Positions 31,483-41,183 of a stretch of 64,000 nt of DNA are shown here, in pieces (within the stretch, counting starts at the first letter, position 1; each line of letters begins with the position of its first letter). Where the stretch lies: assembly GCA_965227515.1 (NCBI GenBank), contig CBDDFZ010000001.1, positions 1,024,001 through 1,088,000 of the forward strand. Direction: 5' to 3'. The DNA comes from Alphaproteobacteria bacterium. Lineage in GTDB: Bacteria > Pseudomonadota > Alphaproteobacteria > CALKHQ01. Below the pieces are notes generated by a model, which did no database searches, had not been told where the DNA came from, and saw only the letters and a list, made by a program, of their open reading frames with translations. The position numbers were made by a program, and so were the translations under genes.

Positions 31483-33210
31483 TCAAATATCCGCGTAGAC
31501 GTGGGTCTCGGCCTTGCCGCCGGGGTGGGTGACCGCGCCGGCATGGGCGGGGCCGACGGTGGCGGCATACTTCCACAGCGTGCCGGCCTGATAGTCGGTC
31601 TCGCGCGGCTTCCATTTCTTGCGGCGTTCTTCCAGCGTCGCCTCGTCCAGGTCGACGTTCAGGGTGCCGGCGGCGGCGTCGATCTCGATGATGTCGCCGT
31701 CTTCCAGCAGGCCGATGGGGCCGCCCACCGCCGCTTCCGGGCCGACATGGCCGATGCAGAAGCCGCGGGTACCGCCGGAGAACCGGCCGTCGGTGATCAG
31801 CGCCACCTTCTCGCCATTGCCCTGGCCATAGATCGCGCTGGTGGTGGACAGCATCTCGCGCATGCCAGGCCCGCCCTTCGGCCCCTCATAGCGGATGACC
31901 AGCACCTCGCCTTCCTGGTAGCGGCGCTCCAGTGCCGCCGCCAGCGCGTCCTCCTCGCGGTCGAAACACCGGGCCGGGCCCTTGAACTGCAGGGTCTTCA
32001 TGCCGGCGATCTTCACGATGCCGCCGTCGGGCGCCAGATTGCCCTTCAGCCCGACGACGCCGCCGGTGTCGCTGATCGGGTTGGTGACCGGATAGACCAC
32101 CTTCTGGTCGGTCGGGAAGGCGACCCCGCCGTAGTTCTCGCCCAGGGTCTTGCCGGTGACGGTCGGGCAGTCCTCGTGCAGGTAGCCGCCGTCCATCAGC
32201 GTCTTGATCACGATGCCGACGCCGCCGACCTCGTACAGGTCCTTGGCCACATACTTGCCGCCCGGCTGCAGGTCGGCGATGTAGGGGGTCTTGCGGAAGA
32301 TGTCGCAGACCTCCTCCAGGCCGAAGTCGATGCCGCACTCGTGCGCGATGGCGGGCAGGTGCAGGCCGGCATTGGTCGACCCGCCGGTGGCGGCGACCAC
32401 CACGGCGGCGTTTTCCAGGCTCTTGCGGGTGACGATGTCGCGCGGCCTCAGCCCGGACTTGATCAGCTCCATCACCGCCTCGCCGCTGGCCTCGGCATAG
32501 GCGTCGCGGCTGTCATAGGGTGCGGGCGCGCCGGCCGAGTTCGGCAGCGCGAGACCCATCGCCTCCGACACGCAGGCCATGGTGTTGGCGGTGAACTGGC
32601 CGCCGCACGACCCGGCCGACGGGCAGGCGGCGCATTCCAGCTCATGCAGGCCCTCGTCGTCCATGTTGCCGGCGGCGTTTGCGCCGACACCTTCGAACAC
32701 GTCGACGATGGTCACGTCCTTGCCGCGGAACCGGCCCGGCAGGATGGAGCCGCCGTACATGAACACCGACGGCACGTTCAGGCGCACCATCGACATCATC
32801 AGCCCGGGCAGCGACTTGTCGCAGCCGGCCAGCCCGACCAGCGCGTCGTAGCAGTGACCGCGCACGGTCAACTCGACGGAGTCCGCGATCACCTCGCGGC
32901 TGATCAGCGAGGATTTCATGCCGGCATGGCCCATGGCGATGCCGTCGGTGACGGTGATGGTGGTGAACTCGCGCGGGGTGCCGCCGGCCGCCTTCACGCC
33001 CTTCTTCACCGCCTGCGCCTGGCGGGAGAGCGCGATGTTGCAAGGGGCTGCCTCGTTCCAGGTGGTCACCACGCCGACGAAGGGCTGGGCGATCTCTTCG
33101 GCCGTCATGCCCATGGCGTAGTAGTAGGCGCGGTGCGGCGCGCTCTTCGCGCCAACCGAGACATACCGGCTGGGCATCTTCTGCTTGTCGAAATTCGGGT
33201 TCGCACCCAT
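31483..33210 (-). CDS. ilvD: dihydroxy-acid dehydratase
   Basis: [43 protein letters not shown]. Confidence 0.93.
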   Translation of the reverse strand: MGANPNFDKQKMPSRYVSVGAKSAPHRAYYYAMGMTAEEIAQPFVGVVTTWNEAAPCNIALSRQAQAVKKGVKAAGGTPREFTTITVTDGIAMGHAGMKSSLISREVIADSVELTVRGHCYDALVGLAGCDKSLPGLMMSMVRLNVPSVFMYGGSILPGRFRGKDVTIVDVFEGVGANAAGNMDDEGLHELECAACPSAGSCGGQFTANTMACVSEAMGLALPNSAGAPAPYDSRDAYAEASGEAVMELIKSGLRPRDIVTRKSLENAAVVVAATGGSTNAGLHLPAIAHECGIDFGLEEVCDIFRKTPYIADLQPGGKYVAKDLYEVGGVGIVIKTLMDGGYLHEDCPTVTGKTLGENYGGVAFPTDQKVVYPVTNPISDTGGVVGLKGNLAPDGGIVKIAGMKTLQFKGPARCFDREEDALAAALERRYQEGEVLVIRYEGPKGGPGMREMLSTTSAIYGQGNGEKVALITDGRFSGGTRGFCIGHVGPEAAVGGPIGLLEDGDIIEIDAAAGTLNVDLDEATLEERRKKWKPRETDYQAGTLWKYAATVGPAHAGAVTHPGGKAETHVYADI

Positions 33211-33389
33211 GAAAGTCCCTCCCGTTTGTAATCACGGGCATGGGCCCGCATGTTGGCGGCATCATCGTCGGGTGGCACCCAGAGGGCAAGCGCCTGCGTC
33301 TTCATGGCTGGTGCGCGCCGGGTGCAACCGTCGACAGGGTGCCGCCGTCCCGCTATCAAGGCCGCACTGCAGGTGGCGGAGACGAACCG

Positions 33390-33779
33390 ATGGCCCAGAT
33401 CAAGATTTTCGCGCGGCGCGACCATATCGACCGCCACCGCGCCGTCATCTCCGACACCGTTCACGAGGCCATGCAGCGTGTGATGGGGCTGCCGGCGATG
33501 AAGCGCTTCCACCGCTTCATCGCCTTCGATCCGGTGGACATGCTGGCGCCACCGGACCGGTCCGACGCCTATACGATCATCGAAATCATCATGTTCGAGG
33601 GGCGCAAGCCTGAGACCAAGAACGCGCTGTTGCACGCGCTGATGGACGGTCTGGCGGCCGCGGTGCCGATGCCCATCGCCGACATCGAGATCACCTTGAT
33701 CGAGACGCCGCGTGCCAATTGGGGCATCCGTGGGCAAACCGGTGAGGAACTTGCGCTCAACTACAAGGTTGAGACTTGA
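33390..33779 (+). CDS. tautomerase-family protein
   Basis: MAQIKI, KRFHRF, IEIIMFEGR..ETK, NWGIRG. Confidence 0.82.
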   Translation: MAQIKIFARRDHIDRHRAVISDTVHEAMQRVMGLPAMKRFHRFIAFDPVDMLAPPDRSDAYTIIEIIMFEGRKPETKNALLHALMDGLAAAVPMPIADIEITLIETPRANWGIRGQTGEELALNYKVET

Positions 33780-33781
33780 CG

Positions 33782-35344
33782 ATGGTAGTGCAGAAACAGA
33801 CTTCGAAGGTGGCGCGCTGGCTTTTGGTGTGCGCCCTCGCCTGGATACCCGCGAACGGCGCCCTTGCGGCCGAACTGCAGGTCGACCTCGGCGATTGGTG
33901 CGACGACCGGCCGGTCGTCTGCCAAGCCATCGCACAGGCCGTCGAGACGTCCAATCTCAGCGCCACGATCCCGGAGAGCCACCACCCCGAAGTCGTTGAG
34001 CGTCATACCCAGTTGCTGGTGGCGGCCGGGCTGGGCCAAATGGGTTTGGACGACGAAGCCCACCGCATCTTCAATGTCTGGCTGTCGCGGGCACGGTTCC
34101 GAGAGCATGCGCAATCGCTGATCACCGTCGCTGGCGCGCTCTATGACGCCGGCTATTGGGACGATGCCGATGCCGCAGTCGCGCAAGCCCTCGCCATCAT
34201 CGCCGGCCGCCCGCTGCGCGACCGGTCAAGTGTGCTCGATGCGCTGGCCGAGACCTATGTCCGGATCGGCCGATGGCGCGCGATCAAGGACTTGTTCGCG
34301 ACGCAGCCCGATTGGATTAACCCCGACGTGCGCCTGGCAATGGCGGAGGGGATGGTTGAGGAGGGTGCGCTCGACGATGCGCTCGCCGTGGCACGGAACA
34401 TCAGCTATCTCACCCATCGCCTGGCGGCGCTGTCGCACGTGGCCGTCGCAATGGTGGCGGCGGGCCGCGGGCAAGAGGCCGAACCCTTGGTCGCGGAGAT
34501 GATGGCCGTGTTCCCTGAGTTCGACGATGGGTTCCTGCGCCACAAGTACATAGGGCCCGTCATAGACGGCCTGGCGGCGGTCGAGGACTGGCAGGTGGCG
34601 CTGGAGATCGCACGGGGCGAGACCGACGACAAGAGCCGGTTCGTCGCGCTGATCGCGCTGGCCGAGGCTCAGTCGGCGGCCGGGCTGTTGGAGGATGCGC
34701 TGAGTACCCTTGAAGGTGCTGCCAGCGAGGCGGTTGCCGGCACCCACGGCGGCCGCGGCGAGTTCCTGGACACCATTGCCGCCCTTGGCCGGATCGGCCA
34801 CGGCGAGGACGTGCTGGTCTTCGTGCGCGACTACGACGACGCCGAGTTGCGCGACGATGCCCTGGCGCGGATCGTCGAAGGCACCGCGACGGCCGGCGAC
34901 TGGCGCATCGCCGGGGTAGCCCTGGAGAGCATCGGGGATGCCACGACCCGCGCGACAGCGGCAACTGTCCTGGGCAGGGCGCTGGCGGCGGCGGACATGC
35001 CGGATGAAGCGGCGGCTGCATTCGCGGCTGCGCGCGACGCCATTGTCGGCTTGGACAGCGTCGCCAGCCGCAGGCGGGAGCTGCCAGACATCGCGGTCGC
35101 GCAGATCGAAGCCGGCTTCATCGAAGAGGGCATCGCGACCGGAACGATGATCGAGCCGGATGGCAGCTCGGTGCACAGCCACGTCGCCAAGTACGCCGCC
35201 ATCGCGCTGGCGCAAGCCGGCCGCTGGGACGAGGCGATGGCGCTGATGGCCGACATGAGCGATGCCGGCTTCAGATACAACGACGTGATCGAGGGCGTGA
35301 CGGCCGCCCGAGTTGACGCCGCCGTCTCCGCATTCGATGGCTGA
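33782..35344 (+). CDS. secreted TPR-like alpha-solenoid protein
   Basis: Signal peptide ending ALA-AE; repeated helical units (AL..IA.A....G...A...A..I). Confidence 0.7.
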   Translation: MVVQKQTSKVARWLLVCALAWIPANGALAAELQVDLGDWCDDRPVVCQAIAQAVETSNLSATIPESHHPEVVERHTQLLVAAGLGQMGLDDEAHRIFNVWLSRARFREHAQSLITVAGALYDAGYWDDADAAVAQALAIIAGRPLRDRSSVLDALAETYVRIGRWRAIKDLFATQPDWINPDVRLAMAEGMVEEGALDDALAVARNISYLTHRLAALSHVAVAMVAAGRGQEAEPLVAEMMAVFPEFDDGFLRHKYIGPVIDGLAAVEDWQVALEIARGETDDKSRFVALIALAEAQSAAGLLEDALSTLEGAASEAVAGTHGGRGEFLDTIAALGRIGHGEDVLVFVRDYDDAELRDDALARIVEGTATAGDWRIAGVALESIGDATTRATAATVLGRALAAADMPDEAAAAFAAARDAIVGLDSVASRRRELPDIAVAQIEAGFIEEGIATGTMIEPDGSSVHSHVAKYAAIALAQAGRWDEAMALMADMSDAGFRYNDVIEGVTAARVDAAVSAFDG

Positions 35345-35357
35345 GCGAGGCAAGACC

Positions 35358-37013
35358 ATGAAAGGCGCCGAACTGTTCGTGCGCTGCCTGGAGAACGAAG
35401 GCGTCGAGTACATCTTCGGCCTGCCGGGCGAGGAAAACATCGACGTGATGGACGCGCTGATCGGCAGCCCGATCCGGTTCGTCACCACCCGGCACGAGCA
35501 GGGTGCCGCCTTCATGGCCGATGTTTATGGCCGGCTGACCGGACGCGCCGGCGTGTGCATGTCGACGCTCGGGCCGGGCGCCACCAACTTGATGACCGGG
35601 GTCGCCGACGCCAACATGGACCGCGCACCGGTCGTCGCCATCGCCGGCCAGGGCGACACCAACCGCCTGCACAAGGAAAGCCACCAGATACTGGACCTGG
35701 TGAACCTGTTCGAGCCGGTCAGCAAGTACGCCACCCAGATCGCCGAGGCGGAGATCATTCCGGAAGTGGTGCGCAAGGCGTTCAAGGTCGCCGAGACCGA
35801 AAAGCCCGGCGTGGCGTTCATCGACTTCCCGGAGAACATCGCCGGCGACCCGGCGGAGCGCGCCAACCAGGAGGGGCCGGAGCTCGCGCCGCTGAAGGTG
35901 CAGTCGCCGCTGATGCCGAACGCGCCGGCCGGCAAGTGCGCCCAGGTGGCCGACCTGATCTGCAACGCCAAGGCGCCTGTCATCATGGCCGGCAACGGCG
36001 TCATCCGCGACCGCTCGTCCGACGCGCTGGTGGCGTTCGCCGAGGCGCTGAACATCCCGGTCGCCACCACCTTCATGGCCAAGGGCGCGATCCCGTTCAG
36101 CCACCCCCTGTCGCTCGGCGCCATCGGCCTGCAGGGGCGCGACTACGTGGCGTTCGGCTTCGACCGCGCCGACCTGATCATCTGCGTCGGCGTCGACATG
36201 GTCGAATACCCGCCGCGGCTGTGGAACCCGAACGCCGACAAGCGCATCGTCCACATCGACGAGAGCCCGGCGGAGGTGGATACCCACTACATCCTGGAGG
36301 CCGGCGTCGTCGGCCAGATTTCCGACAGCCTGGAGCGGCTGGCGACCAAGGCGCGGCGGCTGCCCGACAGCCCGATCCACAAGTTGCACGGCGTGGTGGC
36401 CGACATGGTGGGCGAGCATGCCGACGACACAGGGTTTCCGGTCAAGCCGCAGAAGATCGTCTGGGACCTGCGCCAGGTGCTGGCGCCCACCGACATCGCC
36501 ATTTCCGACGTCGGCGCCCACAAGATGTGGATGGCGCGCATGTACCAGGCCGAGGCGCCCAACACCTGCATCATCTCCAACGGCTTCGCCTCGATGGGGA
36601 TCGCGTTGCCGGGCGCCATCGCCGCCAAGCTCGCCTATCCCGACCGCAAGGTGGTCGCGGTCACCGGCGACGCCGGGTTCCTGATGAACTGCCAGGAGAT
36701 CGAGACCGCGCTCCGGCTCGGCCTCGACTTCGTGGTGCTGATCTTCAACGACAGCAAGTACGGGCTGATCGAATGGCACCAACTGCGCCACTTCGACCGC
36801 GCCACCAACATCGGGTTCAACAACCCGGATTTTGTCATGTTCGCCGAGAGCTTCGGCGCGAAAGGCTACCGGGTGGAGCGGACCGAGGACCTGGTGCCGA
36901 CATTGGAAGCCGCGCTGGGCGACGGCACCGTCTCCATCGTCGACTGCCCGGTCGACTACGCGGAGAACATGAAGCTGACGGAACAGCTCAAGGCGCTAAC
37001 GTCGCCGATTTAG
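35358..37013 (+). CDS. acetolactate synthase large subunit (ThDP-dependent)
   Basis: FGLPGEEN, TRHEQGAAFMAD, TLGPGATN, GDAGFLMN. Confidence 0.9.
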   Translation: MKGAELFVRCLENEGVEYIFGLPGEENIDVMDALIGSPIRFVTTRHEQGAAFMADVYGRLTGRAGVCMSTLGPGATNLMTGVADANMDRAPVVAIAGQGDTNRLHKESHQILDLVNLFEPVSKYATQIAEAEIIPEVVRKAFKVAETEKPGVAFIDFPENIAGDPAERANQEGPELAPLKVQSPLMPNAPAGKCAQVADLICNAKAPVIMAGNGVIRDRSSDALVAFAEALNIPVATTFMAKGAIPFSHPLSLGAIGLQGRDYVAFGFDRADLIICVGVDMVEYPPRLWNPNADKRIVHIDESPAEVDTHYILEAGVVGQISDSLERLATKARRLPDSPIHKLHGVVADMVGEHADDTGFPVKPQKIVWDLRQVLAPTDIAISDVGAHKMWMARMYQAEAPNTCIISNGFASMGIALPGAIAAKLAYPDRKVVAVTGDAGFLMNCQEIETALRLGLDFVVLIFNDSKYGLIEWHQLRHFDRATNIGFNNPDFVMFAESFGAKGYRVERTEDLVPTLEAALGDGTVSIVDCPVDYAENMKLTEQLKALTSPI

Positions 37014-37035
37014 GATTCTCTGCAATAAGCCATCC

Positions 37036-37211
37036 TGTCGTCCTCGCCCTTGTGGCGAGGACCCATTCTTGTCCAATACGCCGAGAGTCTTCAGTGAATC
37101 ACGGTCAGAACTGGCGGCGGCCGGATCGTCTGGTCCAGCTCTGCCTGCCTCACTCGGAGCCGCCCCGGTCCGCCCCGCAAATGGGCCCTCGCGACAAGCG
37201 CGAGGGCGACA
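37036..37211. repeat. REPIN-like element, family C copy 1
   Basis: Ends GTCGTCCTCGCCCTTGTGGCGAGGACCCAT and ATGGGCCCTCGCGACAAGCGCGAGGGCGAC. Confidence 0.85.
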
Positions 37212-37247
37212 TTATGGGCTGGTCGCGAGACCAAGCGACCTGAACGG

Positions 37248-38159
37248 TCAGGCCGACTGAGCTTCCTCGCCGTCCTCCGCCTTCCACGCGGCCCAGCCGA
37301 GCTGGCGGGCCGCGGCGACGGCATCGGCGATCGGGCCCGCGTGGGGCCGGCCGGCCACCGTCACCAGGCTGATCGTGCGATAGACCTCGGGGTCGATGAT
37401 CGGCCGCGTCTCGATGCCGTCCAGGATGGGCAGGAATTCCGGCATCAGCGTCATGCCGAGCCCGGCCGCAACCATCGCCTGCACCCAGTCCTCGCGCTCG
37501 CTCATGAACTTCATGTCGACCCCGGAATACGGGGGTGCGATGCCGAGCTGCGCGAAGTTCGAGGGGAACTCGCAGTGGATGCGCTTCACGTACGGCTCGC
37601 CGTCGATCTCGGCCAGGGGCACCGCGTTCATGTCGCCGAACCGGTGGCCGGGCTTGAACGCCACCAAATAGCGCTCCCGGTAGAGTGTCAGTGGGCGCAA
37701 CGTGTCTGGAAATGTCGGGCGGGTCGACAGCGCCACGTCGATCTCCGACTTGAGCAACGCTTCTTCCAGTTCCTCGCAGTTCGCGTCCCAGATCTCCAGC
37801 CTCAGGCGGGGCGAAATGGCGCGCAGCGCATTGAGGTAGTCGACCAGCCGGTTGGCGGCAAAAGTGGAGGTCACGCCGAACCGCAGCGTGGTGTCGCGGT
37901 CCAGATACCGCTCCGCCTCCTTCTTGGCCCGGTCGGTCGCGGCCTGGGCCTCCGACAGGTGCTGAAACATCAGCCGGCCCAGGTCCGTAAGATGGGTCAG
38001 GTGCCGCTCCCGCCGGAACAACTGGCCGCCGAGCTGGTCTTCCAGCGCCTTGACCGCGCGGGTCAGGGTCGGCACGGCAACCCCGCATTTCTCCGCCGCG
38101 CGCGTGAAGTTGAGCGTGGTCGACGCGGCGAGGAAGTATTCGATTTGCCGAAGATCCAT
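37248..38159 (-). CDS. LysR-family regulator
   Basis: MDLRQIEYF..LNFTRAAE..LTRAVKALEDQLGGQLFRR. Confidence 0.92.
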   Translation of the reverse strand: MDLRQIEYFLAASTTLNFTRAAEKCGVAVPTLTRAVKALEDQLGGQLFRRERHLTHLTDLGRLMFQHLSEAQAATDRAKKEAERYLDRDTTLRFGVTSTFAANRLVDYLNALRAISPRLRLEIWDANCEELEEALLKSEIDVALSTRPTFPDTLRPLTLYRERYLVAFKPGHRFGDMNAVPLAEIDGEPYVKRIHCEFPSNFAQLGIAPPYSGVDMKFMSEREDWVQAMVAAGLGMTLMPEFLPILDGIETRPIIDPEVYRTISLVTVAGRPHAGPIADAVAAARQLGWAAWKAEDGEEAQSA

Positions 38160-38432
38160 GGCTCCCCCTTCAGGCTAGCAGCGGCCGGACCGGGCGCCAG
38201 CGCTGATGCACCGACATACCATGCGACATCTTCAGCCGGCACGACTTTCATGGCAATGCGGCGCTGTTGGCGCGATCCGAGGGACATCCCCCGAACGAGG
38301 CAATACGAACGTTGCGTCCGATGCAACAAGACGTTGCCTATTGCGTGGGTTCAGTCCGCCAGCGCGATGGTTCATATGAATCCCAGTCGCGGCCGAATGG
38401 GGGCCGGAGATGAAACCGAGGAGAAATTGGCC

Positions 38433-38897
38433 ATGCGTTCCATGTCTTTCGTAATCGCAGGCGGTGTCGACACGGTGGTCACGGTGACCGAGGACGTGGG
38501 ACGGCTCAGGTTCGAGCTGACGCCCACCGAGGATGGCATCGGCGAGGCGCAAACCCTTAACTTCGGGCCTGTCGAGGGCGAGACGTTGGAGACCACGTTC
38601 GGCGGCGGCACCGACCGCGCCGTCTTCGATGAGCCCGTCGCCCTGATGTCGCGGGCGTCCGGCAAGCTGGAAAGCCTGACCGAGCGCGAACTCGACATCC
38701 TGAACCTGCTGGCCAGCGGCTTTGCGAACAAGGTGATCGCCTACGAGCTGGGGATCGCCGAAGCGACCGTGAAGGCGCACCTGAAGAGCATGCTGCGCAA
38801 GCTGGGCTTCGCCAACCGCACCCAGGCCGCGGTCTGGGCGGTGCAGAACAATTTTCCCGTCGCACGGCACCATGAGCCGGCGGTCGGCCGGGCGTAG
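38433..38897 (+). CDS. LuxR/NarL-type HTH protein with atypical N-terminus
   Basis: LTERELDILNLLASGFANKVIAYELGIAEATVKAHL..LRKLG..NRTQAAVWA; GGAG upstream of ATG. Confidence 0.8.
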   Translation: MRSMSFVIAGGVDTVVTVTEDVGRLRFELTPTEDGIGEAQTLNFGPVEGETLETTFGGGTDRAVFDEPVALMSRASGKLESLTERELDILNLLASGFANKVIAYELGIAEATVKAHLKSMLRKLGFANRTQAAVWAVQNNFPVARHHEPAVGRA

Positions 38898-38938
38898 ATC
38901 AGGATCAGCTGGCGCAGACTTAGATGACGAAGCTCTAG
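38895..38938. mobile_element. family A minimal copy (ends only, hairpin absent)
   Basis: TAGATCAGGATCAGCT-GGCGCAGACTTAGATGACGAAGCTCTAG matches both ends of copy 1 (reverse complement). Confidence 0.6.
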
Positions 38939-39208
38939 ACATTAACGCGCGGTGGCGGGGGCGAGGTGATTTCAGGGCGATTTCAGGATCGGCGCAGGGA
39001 CGCGGCGGCGGGAGCGTAGCAGGCGGACAAGCGGCCGCCGTGCCGCACCTCCGATATGAGGACGCCTGCGATGATTTGGACCCTGAACCCCGCCGTCGCC
39101 GCCGTAGTTGCCTACAATGCGCTGCCGCCCCGCGCACGCCCGCCGAGGCGCTGCCGATGGAAGCCGGTCACGCCGGCGGGGGAGCGCCGGCCGAAAACGG
39201 GTTAGTTG

Positions 39209-40018
39209 TCATGCGGCCTGCTGGCGCCGCCTGAGCGCCAGCCACACCAGCGCCACCGCGACGACGATGAGGGCCGAGGCGGCGGTCGCGATCACTGCGA
39301 TGGCCGGCACGATCGGCGAATAGTTGGTCGCGGTGCGCGAGAACAGCCACTCCGGCAGCGTGGTGTCGGCGCCGGTGGTGTAGATCGACAGCGGCAGGTT
39401 GCTCCACGACAGCAGGAAGCCGAACAGCCCGCCAGAGATGATGCCGGGCATCAGCGCCGGCAGCGTCACCTCGCGGAACACCTGCAGCCGCGTGGCGCCC
39501 AGGTCGTAGGCCGCCTCTTCCTGCGCCACGTCGTAGTCGTAGAGCCGGATCGAGATCACCAGGGTGACGATGGGCACGATCCAGACCAGATGGGCGACCA
39601 CCGCGGTCTGCCAGCTCGGCGTCACACCGGCGGCGGTGAACGACAGCAGCAGCGCCAGCCCCAGCACCGGCTGCGGGAAGAAGATCGGCAGCATCAGGAT
39701 GCGCTGGAACCACTTGCGCCCGCGCCAGTCGTAGCGCGCGAAGGCGAGCGCGCCGAAAATCGCCAGCACCACCGCTATCACCACCACCCCGAGCGCGATC
39801 TTCAGCGACGTCAGGTGAAGCGTGGTCGTGGTGTAGTCGGACAGCGCGTCGGTGTAGGCGTCGGTGGTCCACTCCCGGTGCGGGAAGCGCATGTAGCGGC
39901 TGTTGGCCAGCGAGGCCAGCCCGACCGAGATGATCGGCAGGTACAAGAGCCCGATGACGGCGACCAGCCAAACGCCGAGCACCCCGCCACGGCCTTTTAT
40001 GGAGGTGTTCTTGGCCAT
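39209..40018 (-). CDS. PotC-like ABC permease
   Basis: LLYLPI, EEAAYDLGA, GFLLSW, TTLP. Confidence 0.88.
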   Translation of the reverse strand: MAKNTSIKGRGGVLGVWLVAVIGLLYLPIISVGLASLANSRYMRFPHREWTTDAYTDALSDYTTTTLHLTSLKIALGVVVIAVVLAIFGALAFARYDWRGRKWFQRILMLPIFFPQPVLGLALLLSFTAAGVTPSWQTAVVAHLVWIVPIVTLVISIRLYDYDVAQEEAAYDLGATRLQVFREVTLPALMPGIISGGLFGFLLSWSNLPLSIYTTGADTTLPEWLFSRTATNYSPIVPAIAVIATAASALIVVAVALVWLALRRRQQAA

Positions 40019-40093
40019 CTATCGCACCAAACGGCCCGCGGATATCGCACAATGCATCGGCTTGTGCTGGCGGCCACACAAACATCCACAAGC

Positions 40094-40269
40094 GTCGCCC
40101 TCGCGCTTGTCGCGAGGGCCCATTTGCGTGGCGTCCTCAGCCATTGCCATAGTCGGCTGGTAACGCTGGCCAGCCGCAATTTGACGACCTCCCCGGTCGA
40201 TACCGATTCCTCCAGACCGATCGGCGCGCTGGACAAGAATGGGTCCTCGCCACAAGGGCGAGGACGACA
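40094..40269. repeat. REPIN-like element, family C copy 2 (inverted)
   Basis: Ends are reverse complements of copy 1 ends; spacer diverged. Confidence 0.85.
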
Positions 40270-40328
40270 ATGGGGTTGCGGAGAAGAGCCTAAGGTGTCG
40301 CAAGAATCCGGGTGTCATCGCCCCGCTC

Positions 40329-41180
40329 CTATCGCCCGATCAACCGGTCGAGATCGACCCGGCGCATGATCGGGAACACCACCAGCGCGGTGAGCAGGAT
40401 GACCAGCATGGTCAGCGCGGCGCCCAGCGGCCAGTCCTGGGCGTAGTTGAAGCGCTGCTCGATGGCGCGGGCGACCACCGTCACCGCCTGACCACCCAGG
40501 ATCGCGGCCTCCGAATTCGCGCCGAGCGACAGCACGAAGGTCAGCAGCGCGCCGATGGCGATGCCGGGCGAGGTCAGCGGCAGCTCGATCTCGCGGAAGA
40601 TCTGCCAGCGGCCGGCGCCCAGGTCGCGCGCCGCCTCCACCTGGTCCTTCGGCACCAGCGAGAAGCCGAGCAGCAGCGGGAACAGCATGAACGGGAAATG
40701 GACGTAGACCAGCCCGATGAGCGCGGCGAGGGGGGTGTTCAGCACGGTGCCGAGCTGAAAGCCGAACAGCGCGTTCAGCGTCCCGTTCATGATGCCCCCA
40801 CCCGGCATCATGAACAGGGACAGGCCGAACAGGCGCACGCTCTCCGAAATGAAGATCGGCAGCGCGATCAGGATGGTGGCGACTAGCGCCCAGCGCCCGG
40901 CGAACCGGGTCAGCGCCTTGGCCGTCGGCCAGGCCAGCACCAGGCAGATGATGGTGGTCAGGCTGGCGCCGATGCCCGACCACATCAGCGGGCGCCAATA
41001 GCCGTCGGCGAATGCGGACTCGTAGTTGGCGAAGGTCGGGTCGCCGGTCAGCTCGAAGGTGCGCGGCTCCATGAAGCTGGTGATCGCGACGATGACGATG
41101 GGGGCCGCGAACCCGATCAGCAGAAACAGGCCCACGGGCAATGCCGCCAACACGCCTGGACTGATGCGCCGGCTCGCCAA
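40329..41180 (-). CDS. PotB-like ABC permease
   Basis: VYVHFPFMLFP, EAARDLGA, DWPLGAAL. Confidence 0.88.
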   Translation of the reverse strand: MASRRISPGVLAALPVGLFLLIGFAAPIVIVAITSFMEPRTFELTGDPTFANYESAFADGYWRPLMWSGIGASLTTIICLVLAWPTAKALTRFAGRWALVATILIALPIFISESVRLFGLSLFMMPGGGIMNGTLNALFGFQLGTVLNTPLAALIGLVYVHFPFMLFPLLLGFSLVPKDQVEAARDLGAGRWQIFREIELPLTSPGIAIGALLTFVLSLGANSEAAILGGQAVTVVARAIEQRFNYAQDWPLGAALTMLVILLTALVVFPIMRRVDLDRLIGR

Positions 41181-41183
41181 GGC

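Noticed and set aside
37341-38432. 518-aa version of the LuxR ORF
   Set aside because: Upstream part is antisense to the LysR gene; RBS and ATG at 38433 fit better
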